Positions 1 to 9,800 of a DNA stretch of 64,000 nucleotides are shown here, piece after piece. The stretch's first letter is position 1. Each line of letters begins with the position of its first letter. The stretch comes from Candidatus Poribacteria bacterium (GTDB lineage: Bacteria; Poribacteria; WGA-4E; WGA-3G). The stretch covers positions 288,001 to 352,000 of the forward strand of contig CAXXUA010000004.1 in NCBI GenBank assembly GCA_963663765.2, read 5' to 3'. The notes below the pieces were generated by a model, which did not search any database, was not told the DNA's origin, and was given only the letters and a program-made list of their open reading frames with translations. The position numbers and the translations under genes are program-made.

Positions 1-381
1 AGTTAGGGGACAGTGGGAGGGCGCGCTTACAAAGCACGCCTGCAGTTAGGGGGCAGTTGGAGGGCGCGCTTACAAAGCACGCCTGCAGTTAGGGGGCAGG
101 TGGGGGGCGCGCTTACAAAGCACGCCTGCAGGTGGGGGGCAGTTGGAGGGCGCGCTTACAAAGCACGCCTGCAGGTGGGGGGCAGTGGGAGGGCGCGCTT
201 ACAAAGCACGCCTGCAGTTAGGGGGCAGTGGGAGGGCGCGCTTACAAAGCACGCCTGCAGGTGGGGGGCGCGCTTACAAAGCACGCCTGCAGGTGGGGGG
301 CAGTTGGAGGGCGCGCTTACAAAGCACGCCTGCAGTTAGGGGGCAGTGGGAGGGCGCGCTTACAAAGCACGCCTGCAGTTA

Positions 382-469
382 TACCCAATTAACGTGAGTC
401 GTCTTGCTAAGTGTGCGGTTAGGAAACCGCACCTACCGTTGGAAAAAGATAAATTACGTTAATTTGGTA
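382..469. mobile_element. 88-bp MITE (TIR TACCCAATTAACGT/ACGTTAATTTGGTA, TTA TSD) inserted in the REP array
   Basis: Interrupts the unit gcagTTAgggggcag, with TTA at 379-381 and 470-472. Internal hairpin gtgcggttaggaaaccgcac-ctac. Other copies at 32508-32868 and 42189-42276. Confidence 0.9.
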
Positions 470-1387
470 TTAGGGGGCAGTGGGAGGGCGCGGCGGACAA
501 AGCACGCCTGCAGTTAGGGGGCAGTGGGGAGGCGCGCGGACAAAGCACGCCTGCAGGTGGTGGCGCGCTTACAAAGCACGCCTGCAGGTGGGAGGCAGTT
601 GGGGCGCGCGGACAAAGCACGCCTGCAGGTGGGAGGCAGTTGGGGCGCGCGGACAAAGCACGCCTGAAGGTGGGGAGCAGTTGGGGCGCGCGGACAAAGC
701 ACGCCTGAAGGTGGGGGGCAGTTGGGGCGCGCGCGGACAAAGCACGCCTGCAGTTAGGGGGCAGTTGGAGGGCGCGCGGACAAAGCACGCCTGCAGGTGG
801 GGGGCAGTTGGAGGGCGCGCGGACAAAGCACGCCTGCAGTTAGGGGACAGTGGGAGGGCGCGCTTACAAAGCACGCCTGCAGTTAGGGGGCAGTGGAAGG
901 GCGCGCTTACAAAGCAGCCTGCAGTTAGGGGGCAGGTGGGGGGCGCGCTTACAAAGCACGCCTGAAGGTGGGGGGCAGTGGGAGGGCGCGCTTACAAAGC
1001 ACGCCTGCAGTTAGGGGGCAGTTGGAGGGCGCGCTTACAAAGCACGCCTGCAGTTAGGGGGCAGTGGGAGGGCGCGCTTACAAAGCAGCCTGCAGTTAGG
1101 GGGCAGTTGGAGGGCGCGCTTACAAAGCACGCCTGCAGTTAGGGGGCAGGTGGGGGGCGCGCTTACAAAGCACGCCTGCAGGTGGGGGGCAGTGGGAGGG
1201 CGCGCTTACAAAGCACGCCTGCAGTTAGGGGGCAGTTGGAGGGCGCGCTTACAAAGCACGCCTGCAGTTAGGGGGCAGTGGGAGGGCGCGGCGGACAAAG
1301 CACGCCTGCAGTTAGGGGGCAGTGGGGAGGCGCGCGGACAAAGCACGCCTGCAGTTAGGGGGCAGGTGGGGGGGCGCGGACAAAGCA

Positions 1388-1490
1388 CCAAATCAACGGT
1401 ATGAATGCCATTTAGGCATTCCCCGCCTGCGGTTGGGGGTGCGCGGACAAAGCACCAAATCAACGGTATGAATGCCATTTAGGCATTCCC
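1388..1490 (+). mobile_element. Two copies of a 36-nt micro-element (CCAAATCAAC...GAATGCC-ATTTA-GGCATTC-CC) inserted in REP units
   Basis: 1388-1423 and 1455-1490 each split aagca^cgcc relative to intact units; no TSD. Confidence 0.85.
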
Positions 1491-1542
1491 CGCCTACCGT
1501 AGCCGGATTAGTAGAATTACTCAAAGTATTTTTTAATCTTCA

Positions 1543-1812
1543 ATAGGGACTATATGTTTATAGAAAATGTTTTCCACCCCACTTGAGTTCCGTAGGAATG
1601 ACATAGAAGAATAAAAATATCGTCCCTACGGGACTAAAGAACTGTGGAGAGTATTCGTTTTCTATAAACATATCGTCCCTACGGGACTATAGAGCGATGT
1701 TCATGTTTCAAAAATCTAAAACTGATGCATAAAGTTCGGTTAGGAAACCGAAACTGGATATTAACTTTCAGTAAATCTCAATAACAGAAAACTCTTAAAA
1801 CTAAATAACCCT
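1543..1812. mobile_element. Partial copy of the CAGGG-TIR MITE carrying gtccctacgggac hairpins
   Basis: Near-identical to 34640-34917 and 17620-17926; ends in the right TIR aaaactaaataaccct. Confidence 0.8.
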
Positions 1813-1814
1813 TC

Positions 1815-1901
1815 GTAGGTCGGGTAGAACTTGCGAAACTCAACACGTATGATTTAATGTAAGTTTCCAATGTCGGGTTTCGCAAGCTTTACCCAACCTA
1901 C
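1815..1901. repeat. REP doublet (REPIN-like)
   Basis: gtaggtcgggtagaacttgcgaaac ... gtttcgcaagctttacccaacctac form inverted arms; an orphan tgcgtaagtcctg TIR follows at 1913-1925. Confidence 0.75.
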
Positions 1902-1956
1902 AGTTTATTCGGTGCGTAAGTCCTGTAAGAAAACACAAACAAAAAAACGATGAAAA

Positions 1957-2076
1957 ATCCATTTAGTTGTTTTTTTCAAAATTTCCGAAATTCTTAAAAC
2001 CGAGATAAAACCATACCACAACAGGATCGAGGACACTTATGAAAAAAAATGCAAAATACAAGAAAAAAACAACTAA
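1957..2076. repeat. About 120-bp element with A/T-rich terminal inverted repeats
   Basis: atccatttagttgtttttt ... aaaaaacaactaa; an inverted homolog lies at 39712-39823. Confidence 0.65.
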
Positions 2077-2478
2077 CATTTTTCTCAATTGACACATGTT
2101 TCACAGCATAGCAAATGTATCAGGCTAATTGTTTACATTCCATTTCATAAATCATCCGTAGTGTAGGGTCACCGTTGCCTGCGATGGATATCCATTTGCC
2201 ATGAATATACCATTGTAAAGTGATGTTCCTTTGGAATACCTTTAGACGAATATGCACATGGTAAATGCTATGATTCATACCGTTGATTTGGAGAAAGCCA
2301 AAGGCACATGCATACCTAAGATATGGTGATTCCGACAAAACCTATGATACAGTCTACACACATGAAAAATATTTACAGCCCAGATGTTACTTTTATATGA
2401 TGTTTTATTTCTGTATGTGCTATACTAATTACAATTACATTTTGACTATTCACATAGACACTAAACTCAAAACATATA

Positions 2479-2600
2479 CAGGACTTACGCAGTTTTCATG
2501 ATCCAATCAAGAATTAAGACGAAAACGATGTAATTTCCAGCATTTTTTAGGTTTCCGGCGCGCTTACAAAGCACGCCTACCGTTGGGTGCATAAGTCCTG
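2479..2600. mobile_element. MITE with CAGGACTTACGCA TIRs carrying one REP hairpin
   Basis: caggacttacgca ... tgcataagtcctg, flanked by ATATA direct repeats. Confidence 0.88.
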
Positions 2601-2624
2601 ATATAAATAAACAAGGAAATCCTA

Positions 2625-3434
2625 ATGGTAAATGTTATCGTTAATGGTGCCTGTGGGCGGATGGGTAGACTGATTATCAAAGGTGTTGCTCAACAAGAGG
2701 ATATGCAAGTTGTAGGTGCAATTGAATTTGCACAACATCCAGAGATAGGAAATGATATTGGAATCGTTTCAGGTATAGGTGAATTGGATGTTAAAATCAA
2801 CAGCAAGCTCAGTGATGTAATTGAAAAGGGTGATGTTGTCATTGAATTCTCAAAACCAAACGCTTCATTAGTACATCTACGACAAGTTGTGAAAGCTGAT
2901 AAAGCAATGGTTCTTGCTACCACAGGATTTAGTTCAGACGAATTAGCAGAAATACACGAGCTCGCACCAAAGATACGCTGCGTCATGGCACCAAACATGA
3001 GCCTCGGTGTAAATGTAATGATCAAAGCACTTGAATTAATCGCAAAATCTCTTGGCGATGACTATGATATTGAAGTGATAGAGGCACACCACAATCACAA
3101 AGCCGACTCACCCAGCGGCACTGCACTCAGATTAGCAGAGACAGTTGCCAACGCATTAGGACGAGATTTGGAGGAAGTTGGAGTTTACGGTAGACATGGA
3201 ATCATCGGACCTCGTCCGAATAAACAGATCGGAATACATGCAATTCGGGGTGGTGACATCGCAGGTGACCACACCGTTATGTTTGCTACTGAGGGTGAAC
3301 GTCTCAGTGTTGTCCACCGCGCACATAGTCCTGAAGCGTTTGCTAAAGGGGCAATCCGTGCTGCAAGGTGGGTCATAAATGCTTCCAGAGGATTACACGA
3401 TGTCAGCGAAGTCCTTTTTGAACAGAGTCAATAG
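2625..3434 (+). CDS. dapB: 4-hydroxy-tetrahydrodipicolinate reductase
   Basis: GACGRMG Rossmann motif, EAHHNHKADSPSGTA catalytic motif, APNMSLGVN; RBS aagga. Confidence 0.97.
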   Translation: MVNVIVNGACGRMGRLIIKGVAQQEDMQVVGAIEFAQHPEIGNDIGIVSGIGELDVKINSKLSDVIEKGDVVIEFSKPNASLVHLRQVVKADKAMVLATTGFSSDELAEIHELAPKIRCVMAPNMSLGVNVMIKALELIAKSLGDDYDIEVIEAHHNHKADSPSGTALRLAETVANALGRDLEEVGVYGRHGIIGPRPNKQIGIHAIRGGDIAGDHTVMFATEGERLSVVHRAHSPEAFAKGAIRAARWVINASRGLHDVSEVLFEQSQ

Positions 3435-5478
3435 ATATACAAAACGTGTACTATCAAGTGTATTTCTATGCAACATTATTGCGATAATGTTAGTTCTCGG
3501 TTGCTCAAACACACCGAAAAAATCCATCGGTGTATGGAAAACCGTTTTGGAAGGGGATTGGAATGCTCGATTAAACGATGTTCATTTTGTTACTGAAACA
3601 CATGGATGGGCTGTGGGAAATGCAATCGGGCAGGTTCCTAATCATTCGCATCAGGAAGCCAGCAATTCCAATCATTCTTATAACGATGGCGCAGAAAGCA
3701 TTATTATCCATACGAACGATGGTGGTAAAAATTGGAAGAGACAACATAGTGGAATATTTGGACATCCTTTAAATAAAGTTTTTTTCCTAAGCAAGAATAA
3801 AGGATGGTGTGTTGGGGAAGCAGGTGTAATCATAACCACAATGGATGGAGGCAGAAATTGGAAACAGATTGAAACATCCACAAAACATAATCTTCATAGC
3901 ATATATTTGAAAAATAATACTGGATGGATAGTGGGTGATTGGGGAACAATCCTAAAATCTGTTGATGGTGGTAAAACTTATAAGCAAGTTGATGGTAGTT
4001 CTATCCGTAGGAAATCATTAAAAGGTATTTATTTTTTTGACAATTTAAACGGATGGATTATCACCTACAGCACACCGAATCAAAATGAACAACCAGGAAA
4101 TATCTATTTTACCGATGATGGTGGAACAACATGGCATAAACAATTCTCAACAGATTCAGCTCTTTTTGGTTTATATTTTATTGATAGAATGAATGGATGG
4201 GTGATAGGAGACAAACGTAGTCTTTATACAACAATTGACGGTGGAGAAACTTGGGAATTTGTAACTGATGGAAGCAACATAAGACATAAGGAAGAATACG
4301 GTCAACCTGAATATTTTGGGAACGAACCCCTACACACATTTACTTTATATGATATTGATGTTGTTGATAATCAGTATGGATGGATTGTTGGTGATTTAGG
4401 GGTTGTCCTTCATACTAAGTCTGTTCTGATGAAGAATGAAAAGAACGTTTGGAAACATCAACGCGGAGGTCCAAGGTTTCACAACAGTTCGGACGGTGTG
4501 CTATTAGGAGTAGATTTTGTATCAAAAAAACTGGGTTGGACGGTAGGTGAAAACGGGACTATTCTACATACCCGCAACGGTGGAATCACTTGGGAGGCAC
4601 AATCAAGTCCAACACATCTGCTTTTTGATGTTTGTATTACATCTAAAAACAGTGGATTCGTAGTCGGCGATCGTGGTACGATACTTCAAACAGATGATGG
4701 TGGAAGTAAATGGAACGCGCAAGATAGTCGTACAGCAGAATGTTTCGGAGCAACACATTTTGTAACAAAACAAAAAGGATGGGCGGTTGCTGAAGCTGGA
4801 GTAATACTTCATACGACAAACGGTGGGGAAGTATGGCTACCACAAACATCCAATACAAAACAAGACTTACTCACAGTTTTCTTTGTAGATGCTGAAACCG
4901 GATGGTGCGCCGGTAGTGCAGGTGAAATCGTTCACACCTCGGATGGTGGAAAAACATGGTCAAAACAAAAAAGTGGCACTCTATTTAACCTATTTGATAT
5001 ACATTTTACGTCAAAGAATGATGGGTGGGTTGTTGGTTTATTTGGAACATTGATATTTACTATTGATGGTGGCAAAAAATGGCAGCTTTCAACACTAACA
5101 CACCATCTCTCAAAAACAGATAGAAATAAAAATATTTGGTTAAATGCAGTCTATTTTGTTAATAAAGACGTAGGTTGGGTTGTTGGTGAGGACGGTTTTG
5201 TTTTCCATACAAAGAATAGTGGTAAAACTTGGTCTCGCAAATTCAGTAACACACAAGACTTTCTTTATGATGTGTTTTTTATTTCAAATGAAGAAGGTTG
5301 GATCGTCGGTAAAAACGGTATTGTTCTTCACACAATGGATGGTGGAGAGAATTGGAGACCTCAACGAACGGATACACGAACAGACCTTACATCAATACAA
5401 ATGAGTAGTTCACGTTCTGGTTTAGTAACTGGACAAGGTGGAACTATTTTGAAATATGAAGTCATTGAAACGGAATAA
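3400..5478 (+). CDS. BNR/Asp-box repeat beta-propeller lipoprotein (YCF48-like fold)
   Basis: Many 'GWxVGxxGxIlhTxDGGxtW' repeats; lipobox LVLG-C. ATG at 3400 has RBS agagga and overlaps the dapB end. Confidence 0.85.
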   Translation: MSAKSFLNRVNRYTKRVLSSVFLCNIIAIMLVLGCSNTPKKSIGVWKTVLEGDWNARLNDVHFVTETHGWAVGNAIGQVPNHSHQEASNSNHSYNDGAESIIIHTNDGGKNWKRQHSGIFGHPLNKVFFLSKNKGWCVGEAGVIITTMDGGRNWKQIETSTKHNLHSIYLKNNTGWIVGDWGTILKSVDGGKTYKQVDGSSIRRKSLKGIYFFDNLNGWIITYSTPNQNEQPGNIYFTDDGGTTWHKQFSTDSALFGLYFIDRMNGWVIGDKRSLYTTIDGGETWEFVTDGSNIRHKEEYGQPEYFGNEPLHTFTLYDIDVVDNQYGWIVGDLGVVLHTKSVLMKNEKNVWKHQRGGPRFHNSSDGVLLGVDFVSKKLGWTVGENGTILHTRNGGITWEAQSSPTHLLFDVCITSKNSGFVVGDRGTILQTDDGGSKWNAQDSRTAECFGATHFVTKQKGWAVAEAGVILHTTNGGEVWLPQTSNTKQDLLTVFFVDAETGWCAGSAGEIVHTSDGGKTWSKQKSGTLFNLFDIHFTSKNDGWVVGLFGTLIFTIDGGKKWQLSTLTHHLSKTDRNKNIWLNAVYFVNKDVGWVVGEDGFVFHTKNSGKTWSRKFSNTQDFLYDVFFISNEEGWIVGKNGIVLHTMDGGENWRPQRTDTRTDLTSIQMSSSRSGLVTGQGGTILKYEVIETE

Positions 5479-5601
5479 GGCTATAGAAAATTGATTGATA
5501 CATAGTAAGATGAATAACATGTAATATGGTTACACAACCTAATTACACTTGAAATAAAAAATGTCCTTTCATTAGGATATTGGATAGGAGAAAATACTAT
5601 T

Positions 5602-6780
5602 TTGATTACTCTTGCAGAACGGTTACAGAAACTTCCACCATATCTTTTTGTCGATCTTCGACAAAAAATGAATGCTGCAAAAGAACGTGGTGTGGATGTC
5701 ATCAGTCTTGGAATCGGTGATCCAGACATCCCAACTCCTGACCCAGTCGTAGATACATTTTGTAATACAATACAAGATATGGATGACCCAGATAGACACC
5801 GCTACGGTTGTGATAGTCCGGTACCAGAATTCCCAGAAGCAGTACAAAGTTTTTATCAACATCGCTTTGGTGTATCGTTATCCGATAATCAGATCGTCAC
5901 AACCCTCGGCAGTAAAGATGCAATTGTGAAAATGGCGTTAGGTATTCTAAATCCTGGAGACATAGGAATAGCTGCGAGTCCAGGTTATCCTACCTATAAC
6001 ATCGGACATGTATTCTCAAGCGCAACGACATATTATGCACCACTCTTACGACAGAATGATTTTTACATAGACTTTAGCTCTATACCAGATGAAGTAAAAC
6101 GACTTGCAAAGGTGCTTTGGATAAACTATCCAAATAATCCTACGACAGCTACTGCTGATTTGGACTTCTTTAAACGTGCTGTGGAATTTGGAAGACAGAA
6201 CAATATCCTTATTGCACACGACAATGCATATAGCGAAAATACTTATGACGGCTATCGTTCTCCGAGTATATTACAAGTAGACGGGGCTGATGATGTTGCT
6301 GTCGAATTCTTCTCTTTGAGCAAAGCATTTAATATGACTGGTTGGAGATTAGGATTTGTTGTAGGAAATCCAACAGTTGTGGAAGCAGTCAAGAAAGTAA
6401 AAGATAATATTGACAATGGGTCACTGCGTGCATTACAATTCTCTGGAGCAAAAGCACTCTCTATCGCAGATGAAGTAACACCAAAACTGAACCAAATATA
6501 CCAAAAACGTAGAGACATGGTGGTAAATGCATTAACACAAAGTGGTTGGAATGTTGATAAACCAAAAGCCACGATGTATATCTGGGCTCCCGTACCAGAA
6601 CGTTTTAATGGGTCAAGTCGTGCATTTGCTACTGCACTCCTTGAAGAAGCGGGAGTTGTTGTTACACCCGGTCTCGGATATGGCCAGTGGAGTGAAGGTT
6701 ATTACCGAATTTCACTCACATATCCAGATAATGTAATTTTAGAGGCAATCACACGGATTAGAGATTTCGCTAAAAAGTAA
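5602..6780 (+). CDS. dapL: LL-diaminopimelate aminotransferase (class I PLP aminotransferase)
   Basis: INYPNNPT, HDNAY, SLSKAFNMTGWRLG motifs; N-terminal RLQKLPPYLF; near dapB; TTG start with RBS aggag. Confidence 0.8.
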   Translation: MITLAERLQKLPPYLFVDLRQKMNAAKERGVDVISLGIGDPDIPTPDPVVDTFCNTIQDMDDPDRHRYGCDSPVPEFPEAVQSFYQHRFGVSLSDNQIVTTLGSKDAIVKMALGILNPGDIGIAASPGYPTYNIGHVFSSATTYYAPLLRQNDFYIDFSSIPDEVKRLAKVLWINYPNNPTTATADLDFFKRAVEFGRQNNILIAHDNAYSENTYDGYRSPSILQVDGADDVAVEFFSLSKAFNMTGWRLGFVVGNPTVVEAVKKVKDNIDNGSLRALQFSGAKALSIADEVTPKLNQIYQKRRDMVVNALTQSGWNVDKPKATMYIWAPVPERFNGSSRAFATALLEEAGVVVTPGLGYGQWSEGYYRISLTYPDNVILEAITRIRDFAKK

Positions 6781-6805
6781 ATATTTACACTCTATTTTGA
6801 ATCCT

Positions 6806-9800
6806 ATGAAAAAATTTATACTTATAACTATACTCAGTTCCTTTATTTTTCATGCACAATTTGTTGATGCATTTGAACAAATGAAGACATACACTGTCGC
6901 TGATGGCCTTGTAGGTCCAGTTGTACCCGTAATATTTCAGGATAGCCGTGGAGTGTTATGGTTCGGTTCTGACCGTGGGGGTGTAAGTCGATTTGATGGG
7001 AATAATTTTATTCCCTATGCTGGGGATTCTAACGTCTTTCGTGGTATTACTAAAAAAATAGTGGAGGACAAGTGGGGACATGTTTGGTTTCTAAGCCAGC
7101 ATCCTTCAGAAGGTGACGGTGTTATTAGTAGATATGATGGTACAACCTTTTCCTATGTTAATGATGGAAACTGTCTTACTGTTGATAATGCTGGAGACGT
7201 TTGGATTGGCGGTAACAATTCTATTACACGATATACTGCGTTAAATAGTCAGGAAATACCACAACCCTTTCCAATTAACATTACTGCTACATCCATTGCC
7301 AGAATAAATGTCATATTTCAAAGTAACGATGACACTTATTGGCTTGGTGGAAACGACGCACAAGGTGTACTTATTATCAGTTTTCAGCAAGATACAAATA
7401 TGTGGCAAGTTAGTACTTTAAGAAGACATGAGAATCTACCAAACATATCAAAAGAGCGTTCAGTGCATGTGATCATGCAAGATGCTGAGAATAATCTATG
7501 GTTCGGTGGAAAATCACTCCTTCTAAAATATGATGGAACACAATTTGAGGAAATTCTAAATACTACAATTGACCCTACAAAACAAACCGGGACGCCTCAG
7601 AATACATTATCACTGCAAGATCAAAATGTATATGTTAATAGTGATTCTCACGGTAGAATTTGGTTCAGCGATGAGCAGCAATTGAGTTGGTGGGATGGGG
7701 AAAAACTACAACGATTAAGGAGTTTTTCTCTGGACGCAAATCCCAATACTTTTCTACATGGCTCATTTGAAATTGAAGACGCATGGAACAAACTCTGGTT
7801 TGCAAGTCAATCTGGAGCACATCTATATGATAACAAGTATTTTGAAGAGAATACTGAAGGTGTTTTTCAAATGGATTCACCCCTTACCGATTCTCCAGAG
7901 TTAGCTCCAAAAGTATACGGTGTAGATGATGGCTTAGGAAGTGATAATATCCTGACTGTGTTTGAAGCATTAGACGGTAAAATATGGTTTGGACATGACA
8001 ATGGTGTAACATCTTATGAACCGCAACCCGTAATTGTTAATCACTCAACACGAGCAACTTTAGGAAGTAACAGCGTGAGAATGATGTACACAGACAATAC
8101 CGGGACGCTTTGGCTCAGTATACCAGGGGGTGTTGCCAAATATAACGCAGATGAAGAAAGAATTATACAATATCCGTTAATCGAAAATACAACTAAACAT
8201 ATAATTATCGGTAATGATGAGAACATAACAGATCAGATACATAATCGACGTATTGACATAATAAAACTCTTTGAAGCAGATGGATATATTTGGTTTATTG
8301 ACAAGTCATATCAAGTTCAAAACCAATTTACACATTACAGAATCTACCGCTATAAAAACGGTGAATTCGAAGATTTATCTCTCATCATACAACCTGAAAT
8401 TGGACCTGGAGGAGAACCCCTCTTTTATGATTCCCCTCCAATTGTTTCCTTAGGAACAGATCCTTGGATATCTTTAGGGGGTTGGTTATTCTTACCAAGA
8501 AGTAATGGACTATACCGCTTTACTTCTCAGGAAACATTTGAGTTAATTGAATTTCCTACTATCAGATCTCTACCACAACCAACCGATGTAATTACCGCAC
8601 TCCACTCTGATACACATAACCGACTTTGGTGTTATTATGATACCGGAGAAGTAAAACGATATTCAAATATCCAGATTCGTACAGGTCAAGTTCGTGGAAC
8701 AATCCATACAGAATTGCTCCCATTACGATCAGTCATACCAATAGTTGTGACTTCTAATGAGCAAGATGTACAATGGTTTTATAATACCTCAAGTGGACAA
8801 CTGATGTATTGGGATAATCCTGAAATTGCGAACACATTATCTGAATTACCAGGTTCTGCAAGTGGCGCCCCACTGCTAACAATACAAACGAACAAATCTA
8901 TTGATCCAGATACTACGTCAACGGAAGACAACCAAAACAATTCAAATGACAATACACAAACAAAAGAAACAGAATTGATGACTTTTGTCTTTAGAGACAG
9001 CATAAAAACATACGCTGGCACAGAACTGAGAAAAGCAATAACCGTTGAAGTAATTGATGTTAGAGGACACCAAATTACAACGAATGGTGACCTCTGGTTA
9101 GCAACTGCACTCGGAGCAATACGTTATGACTATGATACTGTTACGACTTATACAACATCGGATGGATTCCTCGTAGATGATCTGCGGGATGTACATGAAG
9201 ACCATTGGGGTAATCTTTGGTTCGCAACATGGGGCGGCGGAGTAGTCAGATATGATGGAAACAGTTTTCTATCTATTTCTACTAAGGATGGACTCATACA
9301 TAACAACGTTTCAAGTATTCATGCGACAAATGAAGAAGACCTATGGTTCGGTAGTGAAGGAGGGGCAACACAGTATCGCGCAAGTCTTGGAGTCCTTCCA
9401 TTTTGCCGAATCACTGCTGTCATCGCTGGTAAAACGTTCACAGAACCTTTCCTTGTTGATTCTGGGAAACGCACTTTTACTGATTTGACAGAACTACTAC
9501 CTGCGCGAATAAAAAATATCACTATCAATTTTGAAGGAATAAACCCTATACGTGACGATATGGAATATAGGTTCAGATTAATTGGTGTCGAAGATAACAA
9601 ATGGTCAAATGTTTCTTCAAACATAAAACAACCAAATGAAACCATAATACAAGGTGATGTAAAGCAAACCTTTTTACCAGAAGAACTTGGAGAAAATAGA
9701 CTCCCCGCGCGAATTCAATATGAAGGTTTGAAATCCGGAAACTATACTTTCTTGATAAAAGCATTTCGTGAGGGGTGGCCATATACACAGAAACCAACTG

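Larger units (their letters stand above)
1..1497. repeat. Tandem array of REP-like hairpin units (core GGCGCGCTT-ACA-AAGCACGCC, G-rich spacers, units about 30-39 bp); runs off the window start
   Basis: Dozens of copies of gcgcgcttacaaagcacgcctgcag with gttagggggcagtggga-type spacers. A block of 'gcggacaaag' variants sits at about 490-830. The last unit ends in CTAC (GTAG on the minus strand). Confidence 0.95.

Noticed and set aside
1-1400. Telomeric or eukaryotic TTAGGG sequence
   Set aside because: TTAGGG occurs once per unit inside a REP spacer, not in tandem; flanking genes are bacterial.
13-1478. ORFs with RAYKARL/RLQSTP/ALTKHA repeats (also 39264-39695)
   Set aside because: These are translations of the DNA repeat in several frames, with no RBS or coding signal.
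1-1497. CRISPR array (also 39231-39637, 63099-63489, 32508-32868)
   Set aside because: Spacers are repeated rather than unique and too short or absent; no cas genes in the window.
2120-2501. Short ORFs or a WD40 pseudogene remnant
   Set aside because: Only a vague resemblance and no motif I can defend; left unannotated.
3400-5478. Photosystem II assembly factor Ycf48
   Set aside because: Shares only the BNR propeller repeat, is about twice the size, and has no photosynthesis context.
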